A stretch of DNA of 56,902 bases from a virus (Duplodnaviria; Caudoviricetes): the IMG/VR virus record IMGVR_UViG_3300021090_000023, positions 1 to 56,902 of that record, one strand, 5' to 3'. A program made the position numbers and the translations under genes. Positions 56,071 to 56,902 of the stretch are shown in pieces. Each line of letters begins with the position of its first letter. Within the stretch, counting starts at the first letter, position 1. The notes under the pieces were generated by a model. It did not search any database. It was not told where the DNA came from and worked only from the letters and a program-made list of their open reading frames with translations.

Positions 56071-56902
56071 AGCGCGAGAGGGGTGAGGAGGCGCGCCCCC
56101 TCCCCGTCGGCGACGAACTCGCCCGTGTCGACCGCCGTGATGCTCGTCGCCCCCCCTCGCGCCGCGTCCTGTGTGATCGTGAGGACCCGGAGGACCTCGT
56201 TGACATATGGGTTCCCCCGCTCGCGGCGCGGGCCGTAGGGCCAGGAGAAGGCGAAGACGTCGCCGACCGTCGCGTGAACCATCTTGCTCCCCGTCACGCT
56301 GAACGCGAGCGTCGCCCCCTCGACCCGCTCCCTGAACGACTGCCGCTCGAAGACGATCTCCCCCCACGACGAGAGGAGCGCGTCGTCCCGGATGCCCCTG
56401 AGGGTCACGGACTTCCGGACCTCCTCGTACGCGTGAATCGAGGCGGCGTCCTCGAGCGCGACGAGTCGCGAGGCGGGGGCGCCCTCCGACCAGGAGTAGA
56501 GGAAGTAGGCCACGAGCTTGTTGACGAGGTTCGTCCGATCGGCGACGAACTCCACCCCGTCGTCGCCGTCGAGGCAGTCCCGGGCGGCGACGATCGACTC
56601 GACGATCTCCGACCTCGAGAACGCCCCGCCGGGGTCGAGCGTCACCTGAAGCTGCGCCGCGCCGGAGACGCGCCAGTACCCCATGACGTTGAAGAGCATC
56701 TCCGTGACCCAGTCCTGGACCTGCCGGTCGTCGGCGAAGACCCAGGCCGTCTCCCAGCCCATCGACGCGGCCCGCGCCCGCGCCGCCGCGAACGACGTCG
56801 CGTCGAAGTCCTCGTCGTGGTACCCTGCCCGGTCCCGGAGGAGGCGGTCGAGCTGCTCGATCGTGTTCGTGATGACGACCCCGTCGTCGTCCATGCGCCC
56901 CC
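56067..56902 (-). CDS. C-terminal part of a probable virion tail/baseplate protein (truncated by window)
   Basis: Only clear - strand gene; ASIHAY…TLRGIRD…VGDVFAF resembles phage tail hub proteins. Confidence 0.55.
   Translation of the reverse strand, partial: GRMDDDGVVITNTIEQLDRLLRDRAGYHDEDFDATSFAAARARAASMGWETAWVFADDRQVQDWVTEMLFNVMGYWRVSGAAQLQVTLDPGGAFSRSEIVESIVAARDCLDGDDGVEFVADRTNLVNKLVAYFLYSWSEGAPASRLVALEDAASIHAYEEVRKSVTLRGIRDDALLSSWGEIVFERQSFRERVEGATLAFSVTGSKMVHATVGDVFAFSWPYGPRRERGNPYVNEVLRVLTITQDAARGGATSITAVDTGEFVADGEGARLLTPLAL

Overview
GC-rich segment of a large dsDNA bacteriophage genome. Genes are tightly packed on the + strand to about 56,070 and then meet the 3' end of a - strand, tail-like gene. 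1-28 kb: early/accessory region of small hypothetical ORFs plus an SF2 helicase, RadC/JAB protein, Ycf46-like AAA ATPase, DNA methyltransferase, macro-like protein and an aberrant tRNA. 28.6-54 kb: replication, recombination and nucleotide-modification genes (DnaB-like helicase, primase, UDG-PolB fusion, two gp32-like SSBs, RecA, 5'-3' exonuclease, Mre11/Rad50-like pair, RuvC-HNH fusion, thymidylate-synthase-like protein, U32 protein, radical SAM, kinase, two glycosyltransferases). The main feature is at 15.9-19.95 kb: two arrays of about 22 units of 36 nt each (GAGCGAGTCA-N8-GAGAGTAnCA-N8) bracket a Nop/IS110-related gene that has no nuclease or recombinase domain and carries a ~140-aa insertion. 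This is a TIGR-Tas-type RNA-guided system. It sits next to a stand-alone HNH gene and is interleaved with an AAA/DUF3150/DUF1257/DUF2997-like module. A candidate cytosine hydroxylation/glycosylation pathway and a dispersed CCTAG(G)-rich intergenic element are also notable. All family calls come from motifs recognised by eye; no database search was run.
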